Shown here: piece by piece, positions 1-11,800 of the stretch
Layout of the letters: each line of letters begins with the position of its first letter
Position numbering within the stretch: the first letter of the stretch is position 1
Assembly: GCA_019828565.1 (NCBI GenBank)
Contig: JAHDYR010000025.1
Location: 620,001-684,000 of the forward strand
DNA: 64,000 nt
Reading direction: 5' to 3'
DNA from: Carpediemonas membranifera BICM
Taxonomy: Eukaryota > Protista > Fornicata
The notes under the pieces: model-generated
The model's input: the letters and a program-made list of their open reading frames with translations, nothing else
Told to the model about the DNA's origin: nothing
Databases searched by the model: none
Made by a program: the position numbers and the translations under genes

Positions 1-1089
1 GCCGAAAACATTGCCCCCGCCAATCATCTGGCGGTCACCCATTCCGAGCACAGCAACGAACTCACCCGCCAGGGCAAGTGTCGGGACGAAGTCAGTCGGC
101 AGGGGCACGGTGTGGAAGGCTGTTCTCTCGGCAAGGGCGACGTCTGGGCCGACGATGTTCTGCAGCACCCAACCTGCGGCAACCACGCCGGCCTTCGTAA
201 TTACAATACACCCCCCTCCAACCGCTGCTTCGATGACAAGCTCATCCTTGTGCCAGTGCGGAAGAGCAGCTTCGAACTCGGCCACGACCGGGCACTGGGC
301 GAACCTGACGCGGACCGGGACTGTCATGGCAGAAAACATGCTGAAGTCTGGGTCAGCCTCGTCGAACTGGAGGCTGAATTCCGTCGCCCGGTCGAGTCCG
401 AAGACGCCACGGGGAGTTGAGACCAGCACAGTGGGTGACCCAAGGCCGAATGCCCGGCAAACGGGAGGAACGCGGACCCTGATGTAGCGGGTGATGTCGC
501 TGAGGGGCATCGCCTCGAATAGCCTGCCCGAAACAACGCAGTGCCCGATGTTGGTTTGGCGGTCGAACACAACCTCCCCATCCTCCGCCGCCCGTAAACA
601 GCTGGCGTAGGTCTTCTTGCACATGAACCACCATAGCTTGTCGCGCTGCCGGTAGTCTAGCTGAAGGTCCCATAGCTCCTCGTCGGTCCTATTGAGATCC
701 GGGTCCGACCCAGCCTCGAGGAAGAGGGCGAAGAGGACAGTATGGGGCAGGTTGGCCAAGCCGCTGCCATGTGGTGCTAGCTCAGTGCCATTTGCAAGAG
801 CTCGGGCACGTTGTATGAACGCCAGCGCTTGTAGGCCGAGCCTATTTGAAATATTGGTCAGCATTGTTGCCAGATCGGTGATAGTTTTCCCGCTAATTGA
901 TGCATATTCGCGCTTGCGTACAGGACTCGAGGGCATGTTTGTTCCGAAGGAGCTGAAGTAAGCCCGACGGATGAGGGTGGGGATGCCATTGCTATCATTC
1001 GGGATATCGGGCACAACTGACAGCGAAAGCGCGTACGCAGACATGATTGCCCTCTGAATATCTTCTTCTTGGACCATTTCACGGGTCAT
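1..1089 (-). CDS. Family member F1 (F-box-like/RCC1-like family); 3' end runs off the window; absent from the ORF track
   Basis: Manual translation from ATG at 1089 is open to base 1: MTREMVQEEDIQRAIMSAYALSL...IPTLIRRAYFSSF...LANLPHTVLFALFLEAGSDPDL...LWWFMCKK...GRLF...RVRVP...TPRG...FAQCPVVAEFEAALPHWHK...VPLPTDFVP...LGMGDRQMIGGGN. The motif series matches F2-F6. Confidence 0.9.
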   Translation of the reverse strand, partial: MTREMVQEEDIQRAIMSAYALSLSVVPDIPNDSNGIPTLIRRAYFSSFGTNMPSSPVRKREYASISGKTITDLATMLTNISNRLGLQALAFIQRARALANGTELAPHGSGLANLPHTVLFALFLEAGSDPDLNRTDEELWDLQLDYRQRDKLWWFMCKKTYASCLRAAEDGEVVFDRQTNIGHCVVSGRLFEAMPLSDITRYIRVRVPPVCRAFGLGSPTVLVSTPRGVFGLDRATEFSLQFDEADPDFSMFSAMTVPVRVRFAQCPVVAEFEAALPHWHKDELVIEAAVGGGCIVITKAGVVAAGWVLQNIVGPDVALAERTAFHTVPLPTDFVPTLALAGEFVAVLGMGDRQMIGGGNVFG

Positions 1090-1395
1090 CAATTTGTGTA
1101 CAATTCTGGAGCGCAAGACAACAGCCAAAACTGCACATCAGTCCATTCTACCTCGACCACATAAGTCTCAAATGCTTCATCAATGACACCACTGGGCACC
1201 ACAACGCTGGGATATAAGGACGTGAAGCGAGACCCAGCTCGCGTGGGTGCCATAAAGCAACGGACAGGTCGAATGATGCATATTTTCACAGCATTACTCT
1301 GGCTGCAACCCTGGTTCGCATGAACGCCATGGTAGAGGAGATGTGCCGGTTTGAGTTTTGATTAGCTCCATTTCTTCAGACTAACATAACGTGCC

Positions 1396-1968
1396 ATGGC
1401 GAACGAAGCCACGGATTCTCGTCAGCGGCGGAGAAAGTCTGCTTGTTCACACAGTACAACAAACAAGCAACTGAGTCACCAAAAAGGATCATCTTCGCGG
1501 GAGGGACCGCATAGAGCACATAGTGCCCATAGATCAAGAACAGAAGCAAGCGAGCCCCCGCGTTCCCCGATCAATGCGCCTTTAACCCTTCAAGTACCAC
1601 ACGGTTCTTCTCCAAAGCGTGTCAGACGGCATTCATCGCCATCGAGGGACCACGCACACCGCATTCCATCCGCCGAACACTTCGAAGACCCACAAGGGAA
1701 CATCTCCCCCGCTTCCAAGCACCATAGAGCAAGAAAGCTCTTCTCGGAGCAAGTATTTGTGTACTCGACCGCCTACCGAGCGAAGTTCGTCACCAAACGA
1801 CCGGCGTGGGAGCTGCTGCCGTCTTGGGACGACTCTTTCGCCATCGGGTCCCCGAGATGCTCGAATAGGAGCCTGGAAGAGCCCGGGGGTGAGGCGGTTC
1901 GTGGCCAGGAGAGCGCCTGCCCTGATCTTGAAGCCCTTCCATTGGACACCCTCAACCGGCCTTTCTAG
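1396..1968 (+). CDS. Hypothetical 190-aa protein
   Basis: ATG in GCCATGG context, fills a gap in a compact genome, and has AATAAA ~23 nt after the stop. No recognisable domain; S/H/R-rich. Confidence 0.35.
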   Translation: MANEATDSRQRRRKSACSHSTTNKQLSHQKGSSSREGPHRAHSAHRSRTEASEPPRSPINAPLTLQVPHGSSPKRVRRHSSPSRDHAHRIPSAEHFEDPQGNISPASKHHRARKLFSEQVFVYSTAYRAKFVTKRPAWELLPSWDDSFAIGSPRCSNRSLEEPGGEAVRGQESACPDLEALPLDTLNRPF

Positions 1969-2114
1969 CGGAGTTACTTAGTGTGCTGCTAATAAATTCC
2001 ATCACCAACAGTGTATGTAACACAGGGTGCCATCTCCTCACCCGGCACCAGTCGGGCCGGGCCGCCCCATTGTCATCTGCTTGTTTACACTACCTAGTCC
2101 CTAGCCCGCCGCTC

Positions 2115-3722
2115 TCACGTGAGCAGATCGGCATGGCCCACTGTCATCTCCACGCCGAGCACCGTGCCTGGCGCCTCTATGTCGAGTCCACGGGATGCAA
2201 AGAGCGCCCTCGCCTCTGCCTGCTTCCCGTTCAGCTCGTACCACGTGCCCAAACAGCACAGGTCATCCTCCGTCATCTCCCCAGGAGCCATGGCAGCCAG
2301 CTTAGCGATGAGCTCATCCATGGCCGCGGCCTCGGGTCGGGCTGGGGTCACCGCGGCGTCCTGGGGCAGGTCGAGTGCGGCCCGACAGAGACTGACAACG
2401 CCGTCCTCGTCGTCCGCCCCGGCCTTGGACATCACTGCGATCAGCGCCGCGCGGGACTTGAGGAGGGTTGCGAGGCTGAACGCCATTTCGTACAGCCGAT
2501 GGTCCAGCAGGGCCAGGAACATGGGTGCGGTCGCCTTGGCCATGGTGCCACCGCTAGGGTCAGCTCGCGAGTCACTGACAGCCACGGTGAGGCGGGCTGC
2601 CATTGTACACATCGCACGGAACAGGAAGGACAGATGGCGGACTTGCCCGCCCGCCGTGGAGGCGATGGAGAGCTCCCGGATGATCAGGGCGAGGCTCTCA
2701 GCAAGACATGACGGCTGTGACATGGCTAGTGCGACCACAGATGGGTATCTCTCGTGCATTAGCAGCTCTCGCACGCGACACCGCGTCTGACGGTCAATGG
2801 CGTGCGGCGCGATCGCCGTGAGTGCGAATACAGGCCCCCGCTCGCACACCACGCCCACAATGATGTGATCGGGCAGCTGCGACACTGCGATCGCGGCAAT
2901 GTGGGTATTCAGGTCCGTTCTTGCGCTGAGGTCGAGCACGTCAACCGGGTTGTCACCCGTGCTCGTCGTGATCCCCACAGGATGGGCTGCGGAGTCTATC
3001 ATGGCCAGGTTGCCGCCGTCCAGGCCGACGGCGATGTATATCCCGACGACGGCAACAGCTTTGATACTGGTGCGGGGGTATTCGCGGTAAAAAACGCCGC
3101 CGCTGCGATGCTGGAGAGCGTACACAGTGCTGCCGACCGCTGCGGCTGTGATATCACCAGCGGTGTGGACAATCGACGCAGGACCGGGGGTAGTGAACTT
3201 CGTCTGGAACACAACCTCAAGGCCCGCCGTCAGGATCTCGTAGTTGGTGGCAGTGATAGCGTGTGTGTCTGCGTTCTGTGTGACGACAGTCAGATTGGTC
3301 GGAGAGTGGCCGCAGATGCTGACGATTGCGTCCGTCGCCGAGTCTGGGAAGACGTGCGTGACGAGGCCGCGCTGGAGGTCCGTGATGGGCGCTAGGAGGA
3401 AGGACGCGTTGTTCCAGCAGACGTAGAGGTCCTGCGTGCACTCAGAGGCGGTGGGGGAGAAGGGAAGCTGGAGGACGAAGCGCTTCTTCGCGGTGGCGAT
3501 GTGAAGGCTGGCCCTTACAGCCGTGATTGTTACTTCAGGGTGCACATCTATGCATTTGATCGTGTCTTTCACGTCTATTCGAGTTGAGGACTCAAGCTTG
3601 CCATTGAATTGGTACTTTAAGCAGCTTCCGTCTAATAGCGCAATGCTAAGCTTATTCTGAATACAACTAGCGCTTCCTATACGAGCAGGGGGTAAAGTTC
3701 TCGCCAATTCTGCCAGCTGCAT
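2115..3722 (-). CDS. WDPCP: WDPCP/Fritz-like CPLANE ciliogenesis protein
   Basis: Beta-propeller-like N-terminus. AVGLDGGNLAMIDSAAHPV, CERGPVFAL and MFLALLDHRLYEMAFSLA resemble WDPCP motifs as recalled (VGSNQGELQIFDMALSPI, FERGPLGVL, FFHHLLRYQRFEKAFLLA). First in-frame ATG at 3722. Confidence 0.6.
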   Translation of the reverse strand: MQLAELARTLPPARIGSASCIQNKLSIALLDGSCLKYQFNGKLESSTRIDVKDTIKCIDVHPEVTITAVRASLHIATAKKRFVLQLPFSPTASECTQDLYVCWNNASFLLAPITDLQRGLVTHVFPDSATDAIVSICGHSPTNLTVVTQNADTHAITATNYEILTAGLEVVFQTKFTTPGPASIVHTAGDITAAAVGSTVYALQHRSGGVFYREYPRTSIKAVAVVGIYIAVGLDGGNLAMIDSAAHPVGITTSTGDNPVDVLDLSARTDLNTHIAAIAVSQLPDHIIVGVVCERGPVFALTAIAPHAIDRQTRCRVRELLMHERYPSVVALAMSQPSCLAESLALIIRELSIASTAGGQVRHLSFLFRAMCTMAARLTVAVSDSRADPSGGTMAKATAPMFLALLDHRLYEMAFSLATLLKSRAALIAVMSKAGADDEDGVVSLCRAALDLPQDAAVTPARPEAAAMDELIAKLAAMAPGEMTEDDLCCLGTWYELNGKQAEARALFASRGLDIEAPGTVLGVEMTVGHADLLT

Positions 3723-3832
3723 TGCCAACCAGCGAGGTCGCGTTCAATGCCGAGCAGGCTAAAGCATCGCGCGACGGAGGCCTGAAGCACACCGGTGTGG
3801 TGAGCATAACCCCTTCTATTGGCATTTACCCA

Positions 3833-5503
3833 TCATTCGATCGGATCGATGTCGACCCGAAAGAAAGTCTTCACTCGCCACTCGGTCGGGTCAATATCGG
3901 CCGGTTTCACCACGCACTCCTCAGCCATCAAGTACGTTCTGACCACTCTCCATATTCCATCCACGCCCAAAAAGCAGAGTCTTCGATCAACGACCCCCAT
4001 CGCCGCCGCCTCAAAGGGCAGCGTGTAGTTGAACGCAACGTTGAATGTGCAGCAGTGCGTCTTACCACCGCCAACCCAAACGAGGTCGGTGTTATCGCAG
4101 TAGAACTGAGTTACCCTCTCAGGGAACCGGAGCGGGGTGGGTGTAGACCGGATCGTGTCCTCGCGGAAGGGAAGAACGCCTGACTTCACAGCAATGCTGG
4201 GGACCTTGCCAGAGAATAGCAGCTGGGTGCCGCTCATAACTATGTTGAAATAGAACTCGTTGGCGACGGCTATGCTCACCGGCAGTGGAGCCTTGACGAA
4301 GCCGCGCATCCAGTCATGATGACCCAACCCGAGCTGGCCGGAGTCATTTCGCCCCGAGAGCATCTGTTGCCGCCCCATGGTCAACAACACGAGGTACTCC
4401 TCACATATTACATGGTCAGGGAAAAACCCAGCGGGCAGGTCGACCTCATTGAAAGTATACGGGTTGGCCACCGCGCCAGTAAACCAGCTGTGGTTGTACC
4501 CAGCTACTATCAACCCTACTCTCGTGAGTACCAGTGTGTGTGTCGCCCTGATGTGGACGGATCGAACAAGCTCATGCTTGCCCCAGGCAGGCAGCCGAGC
4601 CTCTTCTGAACTCACCTTTGTACAGGCAGGGAATGTGATCCGGATCGGGTTGGCCACGTCACCACCCTCGAGGCCGAGCCTACTCCGGTAGTTGTCACCC
4701 AACCCGAACTGCCCGTGTGGGGTCTCTAGAATGTACGACCCGCGGTATCTATGGACATGTAACACACGAGGGACGACGAGTCGGGTAAACTTGACGGGCT
4801 CGACCGAGCAGAATCCACGGTTGACCGCGAAACGGTCCACAAAGTGTGCATGGTGGTGTGTGATGTCAGTTGTTGCTTTGAACATTATGCCAGCATACAA
4901 ATAGTGGGCCACGACTGTCTGGTTTCCACCCGAGAAGTGGAAGCTTTCGCCATCATGCGTCGCAACATGAAGACTAAAGAAGAACTTCTTACACAGAAAC
5001 CAGAGGCACTTATCAGCTGTCTGATAAGCATACTTGACTCGCTGGAGGGCCGGGTCGTCGCCGAGGTCTGGGTCAGCCCCCCCTTGCACCAGAGTTGCCC
5101 AGACGGTGCTCTGGAGAAGTGTGTGCAGCCGATCAGGCAGATGTTGCCCTTCATTGAGCTCGACGTTCATGCTCAGCTCCGGACCGTATGCGAGGATGGC
5201 GATGGCGCGGTTGATGATGGCTTGGGAGGCCGTGGGCAATGGGGGCAGAGACCGGAGCATGTCAAGGAGAGTATCAACGGAATTTGGTGAGGAGTTGTGC
5301 TCTAAAGGCCAGTTTTGCGCGTTTGAGTTGTGTTTGGGCTTCCATCCGAGCGTATTGCAGGCCTTAAGCAATAAGGAAGGCACATCCCCGGCAATATCAT
5401 CTGTCGCAGCAGCAGAAAGCTCATAGGCTGATAGTAGAACTTTCTGTGCTTTGTAGTCATGAAACCTGGCGAGAATAGCGCTGAAGGTGTTTCTCAATGC
5501 CAT
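3833..5503 (-). CDS. Family member F2
   Basis: GDVPSLL, GPELSMNVEL, LHTLLQSTVWATL, GADPDL, LWFLCKKFFF, and RCC1-like GLGDNYRSRLGL and SGRNDSGQLGLGH. The track start is TTG; first in-frame ATG at 5503. Confidence 0.9.
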   Translation of the reverse strand: MALRNTFSAILARFHDYKAQKVLLSAYELSAAATDDIAGDVPSLLLKACNTLGWKPKHNSNAQNWPLEHNSSPNSVDTLLDMLRSLPPLPTASQAIINRAIAILAYGPELSMNVELNEGQHLPDRLHTLLQSTVWATLVQGGADPDLGDDPALQRVKYAYQTADKCLWFLCKKFFFSLHVATHDGESFHFSGGNQTVVAHYLYAGIMFKATTDITHHHAHFVDRFAVNRGFCSVEPVKFTRLVVPRVLHVHRYRGSYILETPHGQFGLGDNYRSRLGLEGGDVANPIRITFPACTKVSSEEARLPAWGKHELVRSVHIRATHTLVLTRVGLIVAGYNHSWFTGAVANPYTFNEVDLPAGFFPDHVICEEYLVLLTMGRQQMLSGRNDSGQLGLGHHDWMRGFVKAPLPVSIAVANEFYFNIVMSGTQLLFSGKVPSIAVKSGVLPFREDTIRSTPTPLRFPERVTQFYCDNTDLVWVGGGKTHCCTFNVAFNYTLPFEAAAMGVVDRRLCFLGVDGIWRVVRTYLMAEECVVKPADIDPTEWRVKTFFRVDIDPIE

Positions 5504-5887
5504 TGCCCATGACAACCACAGTCGCAGAGTCTAACTCGACTGCCGCGGGCATTTCCAGATCAATGCAGTCGGCTCATGCGCCTCTGAAAGTCGCCTTGCA
5601 TCATCATATGTGCACTGGGAAGACGGGAATGACTTGACTTGATTTGTTGACAAAAGCACACGTGACACAGCGATTCCAGGGCGGCCTGCAGTCACATCCT
5701 GGCAGACCGAATCCCATCTTCGCGGACGAGTGCATGCTTGACTGGCAAATCTTAGATTTTCTTAGATTCCATTACCGAACGTTTGTCCACGAATCTCGGC
5801 CCAACTCGCCTAACTCGCGATCGGATAGAGTTAACACCAGCGATAGACAACTACGGTATCAAACAGTTTAAACTGGAGCACATGAAC

Positions 5888-8800
5888 CTATTCATCCTTG
5901 TTCAGCCCCGGGGGCTTGATCCCAGGCAGATTCATCGGACTGAGCATGAGCTTGGCCCCGGGCCGCGGCATGCCGTTCATCGGGGGCAGCACCGGCAGGC
6001 CCGACTTACCCAAGGACGGAGGCGGTTTGGGAAGCCCACCCGGAGTGGATAGCGCAGGTAGGCCGAGCTTGTGGCCAGCTCCGCTGAGAGCAATCGGCGT
6101 GCCACTCATAGGAGGCTTGATGGAGGGCAAGACGGGCTTGGCGCCAGCGGGGACATGGAGGCCGGGGCCCATGGGCTTGGCTAACGGCGTGGCGCCAGGC
6201 AGCATCGGGAGCGGCGGGAGGGGCGACGTCGGCTTGAGCTTCATCGGGGCTGGAGTCACAATCGATGTCGGCTCATGCTCTTCGTCATCGCCGGTTTGCC
6301 GCTTCTGAAGGATGAAAACAGAGATGGCCTCGCCCGTGAGGAAGAGGCCGAGGCTTCCGACAATGCAGACGCCGGCCATGCAGCAGAGAAGGATGAGCAG
6401 CACAGCCCCAATGCCCGGAATGATCGCATAAAGTGCATCTACCGTGTTGATGATCTCAGAATCTGACACAATCTCCTCGTCGTCAAACATCGCCGAGACA
6501 GACCTGGTTTCCGAGTATATGTACGCGGTTGTGAGGTCGGCTGCGGCGTCATCGGCGTCGTCGAACGTGCAGATGCTGCCGTCAACGAGTCTCACAGGAT
6601 GGGCTGTGCCATCCACGACGATGCTGAACGAGCCAACGCTGCTGATGGCCGCGCCCTCGATCGACGCGCAATATGTGCCGTTATCAAGCCGCGTGACAGT
6701 CGGAGAGAAGTGGTATCTTATCATGGCCGCGTTCACCGTCGTGGTGGCCAGACAGGTGGACGGCCCACTGGTGTCGACGCCAGTTAAGGGGCGCGTGCCC
6801 ATGCCGCTGAAGTCGAGGTTGCTGGGACAGACTGCCGACTCCATGGCCGCAGTCATCGTCGTGCCGGAAAGAGTCAGAGTCGTGTCCGGAGTCTCGAAAT
6901 CTGCCGGAATAGTTAGAGTCGTCGACTCAGTGGTTGAGTCATCGAACTGGATCTCGAGCGTGTAGTTGCCAGGTGCGATGACGCCATCAGGGCTTGGGAG
7001 GACGGGGACGAGCGTGATGGGGTTGGTGCCGAGCACCGTGGCTGCGATTCCATCAATTGTCACGCCAGATATGTCTGTCCGGCTTGTGACAGTCACAGTG
7101 GACTCTGAGTCGTCGACTTCGGCGAGGCAGGTGGTGTGGGCAGCCCCGTCGGCGTCGTTGGTGGTGCCAAAGGCGCATGTGGAGCAGCTCGAGGCTCCAG
7201 TACCGATGGTGTAGTGCCCGCCGTCGCAGGGGGTTGGTGTAGCCTGGCCGCCAGCCGAAGATGTACCCAGAGGCGCTGGGAGACACTGACGCTGGCCTGC
7301 AATTGCCGTATAGGTTCCAGCAGCGCAGTCAGCGCAGGTGTGCCAGCTGGTGGCGTATTGGCCGGCGGGGCAAACCATGGAGACGACGTGGACAGTGCCG
7401 ACCCCGTCAAGGGACGACCCTGCTGCCAGGTTGAGAGGTGTGATGGCGAGAGCGGCGCCGAACCCGTCCACGGGGGCATAGCCGGTGTCGGTGAGGTAGA
7501 CATCGGCATAGAGGGAATACGAGCCGTTGTCGTTGAGCTCGAAGAGATGGACCCCGCCCATGACATCAGTGGCCCCGACCAGGGTCCCCGAGACTGCGAT
7601 GGCCTGGCCAAACTGTTGGCCCTGGACGGGGCCGATGTCGAGGGTGTGGAACTGCGTGGTGTAGACCCTGACGGTGCCTGCGTCGGTGACTTGGTTGAAG
7701 TCGCCCGTGGGTCGCTCCGAGTTGGCGGTGGCAACCACGCCGGTTAATATGTCCGTGGCTGCAGCGCTGAATCCGCTGAACTCGGGGGCAATAGTGCAGG
7801 TGGCGTCCGACAGATCGGGGGTGTAAGCGCACCGCAAGGCGATGGCGCCCAAGCTGATAAAAACGTTGACTGGGTCGTGGGTACTGCCGATGAAGAGCGA
7901 GCTGGCCGATAACGAGAACACCGTCTGGTCGATGTGCGCATGCTCGACCCATGTGTCTGCTGAGAGCTCGAACAGGACAACCGTGCCAGTGTTGGTGAAC
8001 TCAGTGGAGCCAGGCGCGAGGACGGCGAGCAGGGTGCCCTCGAGGGCGATGGCGGCGCCGAACTCGAAGCCAGGGCCGCTATTGGCGCCCTCGAGGACCG
8101 AGTGCTCAGTGAAAACACCTGCGGTTCGACTAAACATGTACACGCGACCAACCTCGGAGCAGCCCGACACCGCACACGTGTCTGGCGCCCCCACGGCAAG
8201 CCAGTCGTCCCGAATCACCATCGTTGCGGCGAACTGGTTGTTCGGGACGGCTACCAGGGGAGAAATGCTGCCCGCCGGAGTCCATACAGCGCTGTCGTCG
8301 CTGTACACAAAGATCGCCCCGTCACTGGGCGATCCGACGAGGAGTTCGGGCCCGTCGAGGGCCACAGAGGCGCCGAAGAGCTCAGAACCCGTGATGGTCT
8401 GGATCTCATATGATCTGGAGCAGTAGGTGGCACCGGAGCCGGCTTGGGCGGTTGCAAGGGGGCATTCGATGGCAGCAGTGTGAGGATAGCCGTCCGCTGG
8501 TACAAAGGAGCCAGCCGGGGCAGATTCGCATGCCGTGGCGCTCTTGTTCGGCTGGTACGTGCCAGAATCACAGGGGAGACAGACCGTGGCTTCAAGGGCG
8601 TAGGAACCGTTCGGGCATGTGTGGTAGCTGTTGGAGTAAGCGATAGCGCCGCTGGGGATGGCGCCGCAGGCCGACCAGGCGGTGACCACCTCATCTGAGT
8701 CGCAGTTGTATGGGGCGAAGATGACAGCATCGCTCCCACCCAAAACCACGAGCCCGAAGTCGGTCATGAGGAGGTCGACCCCCATCTTCTCGTCAGCAAC

Positions 8801-11800
8801 GGAGTCAGGGATGGTGAGAATGCCAGCGGCGGCCCAGAACCCCGGCCCGAGGCGGTGGACCATGGTCACGAGGCTGGTATAGAAGTCACTGATGAAAAGA
8901 ACATCCTTTGCCATGGCGAGGGTGCTCCTGCTGCTCCCCGCGGCCGCGTGGATGACGAAGAGGTCCCCAGTCGCGAGGACGAGCTCGCTGTAGACGGTGC
9001 TGGTGCTGCTGTCATCTTGGTATGCGATGACGACGCTTGCTTCGTCAGTGGAGACGGCTACGTCGCGGACCGTGCCGGTGAAGTCGGCGGGCGACAGCAG
9101 GCTATATTGGCCGGCCGTCTCGAGCGAGAGGCGGTACACAAATACAGCGTCGTTCGATGCAATGGCGATGGTGTCCCCGACCGCGTCGATGACACGCCCA
9201 AACTTGGCCGAGGGCGTCGGCGTGGGCTGGAACAGTGCTTGGTGGAGCTCCCATGTCCCGTCGACAAGGGCATAGAGGTAGACGCCGCCCGCCAAGGATA
9301 GGGACCCTGCATACGCCAGGTTGCGGTCGGGCACAGCGATGAGGTCATTCCTGAGACGCGCCATGCTCCGCGCGAACTGGTCAGAGGCGTCGTGCCCGTC
9401 GTCTGGTGGGGTGACCAGCTGGGTTGGCTCGAGAGTCACCCTGTCGTACGCGATGAATGCGCCTATGAAGCCCCGGAGAGTGCGGACGACCACCTGCTGG
9501 TCTGTGACGACGATCGCCTGGCCGAAGCGGTAGTCTACGCCGTCAGTGAGCGTACCGATCATACCCCAATCGGTGGAGTACTCGAACAGACGCACGGCAC
9601 TGCCTGACGCGTCGGCCATGTACCTGAACGCGGCGAGACCCTCATTGACATCGCCCGCGAGCGCGTGGTTTGGGTTCTGGGGGTGGTTGTACCCGTCCAC
9701 ATCGACCCGTTCGCCGCTGTAGTCCTCTATACACGCAGTCTGGGCGTCATTAGGTGAGGTGCCCTCGGGACAGGCGTGGCACACGAGAGAGTTCTCCTGG
9801 GAGACGGTCCCTGCCTCACACGCGGCGCACGTGTGTACTGTGTCGGGGTATTGCCCAGCAGGACACTTGTAGAACGTCAGCATGACAGAATCAGTGCCAG
9901 GGGAGCCGATCACACAAGCCCCACCTGACGCGGCGGTGGCGTCGTACGAGTAGGGATATGACTTGAACGCGTCGATCCAGACACCGTCCTGACGGATAAA
10001 CCAGCTGGTAATGGCCGCAAAAGGCTCTCCCACACCGATCACATCGTCGGAGAGGAAGTACACAGAGTTCCCAAAGCCAGCCGCCTGGGCTACCGCGTCG
10101 AGGCCCTCTTCCACGAGGACCTGGAGGAGGGGGAAGGCGGCGGCCTCGTCGTTGCTGTACATGAACACGCCGCCGACTGACAGGGAGTTGCCGACGCCGC
10201 TATCCGAGGGGGCGCCGACCAGTATGAACTCGTGGTTGATAACAATCGACGTAACCTCAGTGCTGGGCTTGAGGATGGGCTCGACGAAGGTAAACGGGGC
10301 GCTCCAGAAGTCCGGGTAGATGCGGACGGCGCCGACCTGACTTGTCATGACAATCATGTCGCCGTAAACTGCGAAATTATGACCATATGCGTCGATGGCG
10401 ACCTCGGCGTAGTTGTCGGGCGAGGTCGTGAGATCAAGCGTGTACAGCTGCCTGTCGGTGTCGGAAGAGGCAATTGCTGTGGCGTAGAGCGTGGTGCCGC
10501 TGAGGTCGACTTGCCAGCCAAAGTACGTTTCGGAGCCTGGCGGGGCGATGAACTCCGGATCTTGGAAGATATGGCCCGATCGTTGGATCACACAGACTCT
10601 GCCGGTGTTGCCAGAGTAGTTGGGGTCGCCGACGACAATGTATTCCTCCCCAATGGCGATACGCGTGGCGCGACCGTTGAGGGTGAGCACGTCGGGGAAC
10701 GTCGCGGCTGGCTCCCACAACAGCGAATAGGGGTTGAACCGAGCGAGTGCGAGGGATCTGCCGATCATGTCAGACGCCGCGAACAGGTTGGCATCAGTGC
10801 TGACGGCGACGGCGTTACCAAGCGTTGCCGACGACGAGAGACCGAGCTCAGCACCCGTCCGCACCTGTACGTCCAGCCCGAACGGGCTACATGTCCCGTC
10901 CGGCCAATACACGAGCCCAGCCCGGCACGGGGCGCAGTACAGGTCGTGGGAGACCTGGTCAGCGGGGCAGCTGGCGCACTCGTACCATGACGCGGTGTAC
11001 TGGCCCGCCCCGCAGTACTGGGAGGCAACGGACACGCGACTAGATAGTGACGCGGTGCCGAGTGCTGGGGCGCCGCATACTAGGAGCTTCTCGGTGGCCG
11101 CGACGGAGTGCCCACACTCCGAAGAGGCCACGCCGTTGATGGTGACGCCACTAAAGGACCAGGCGAGGCCATCGTGGAAGAGGGGGGCCATGACCGACGC
11201 GGCGGGAACGCCCACGACTACAGTGCTGTTGCCTGCGGCGGCAATGGACGCGACATCGCCGGCCGGACATGATACAACCTGACTAAGGTGCCATGCCGGA
11301 TCAGATGCGGAGCTCGTCCTGAGGAAGACCTCGATCTCGTCAGAGGACGGTTGGGTGGCGAAGAGCGTGCCATCGTCCAGCAGCGCGAGAGATTCGCTGT
11401 CGGAGGCGGCTATATTGATGTAGCAGTCGGTCTCAGTGGAGAAGTCGCAGTCGCCTGGGTACGAGTAGACGCGGATGGTGCCACTCTGCCCGACAGCAAA
11501 GAATTCGTCGTTCACAGCGATCGATCCGGTGTGAGTAAACGCGGTCTTCGTCCAGGAGCCTGCCGCGTAGGAGAAGACGGCGCCGAATGAAGCCGGGTCG
11601 CCATATGTGGCGACGATACGGTCGCCGCTGACCTCCACAACACTGAATGACTCGGTCGGCTCCAGGTTTGTCTCGAGCAGATATGACCGGAGCCTGTTCG
11701 TGTAAACATAGATCCCAGCCCCATCCAGTGCAAGCACGAGCCAGCGGTCGTCCATGGCCACGTCCCTCACTGGGTTGCTGCCGGCGAACCAGAACTGCTT

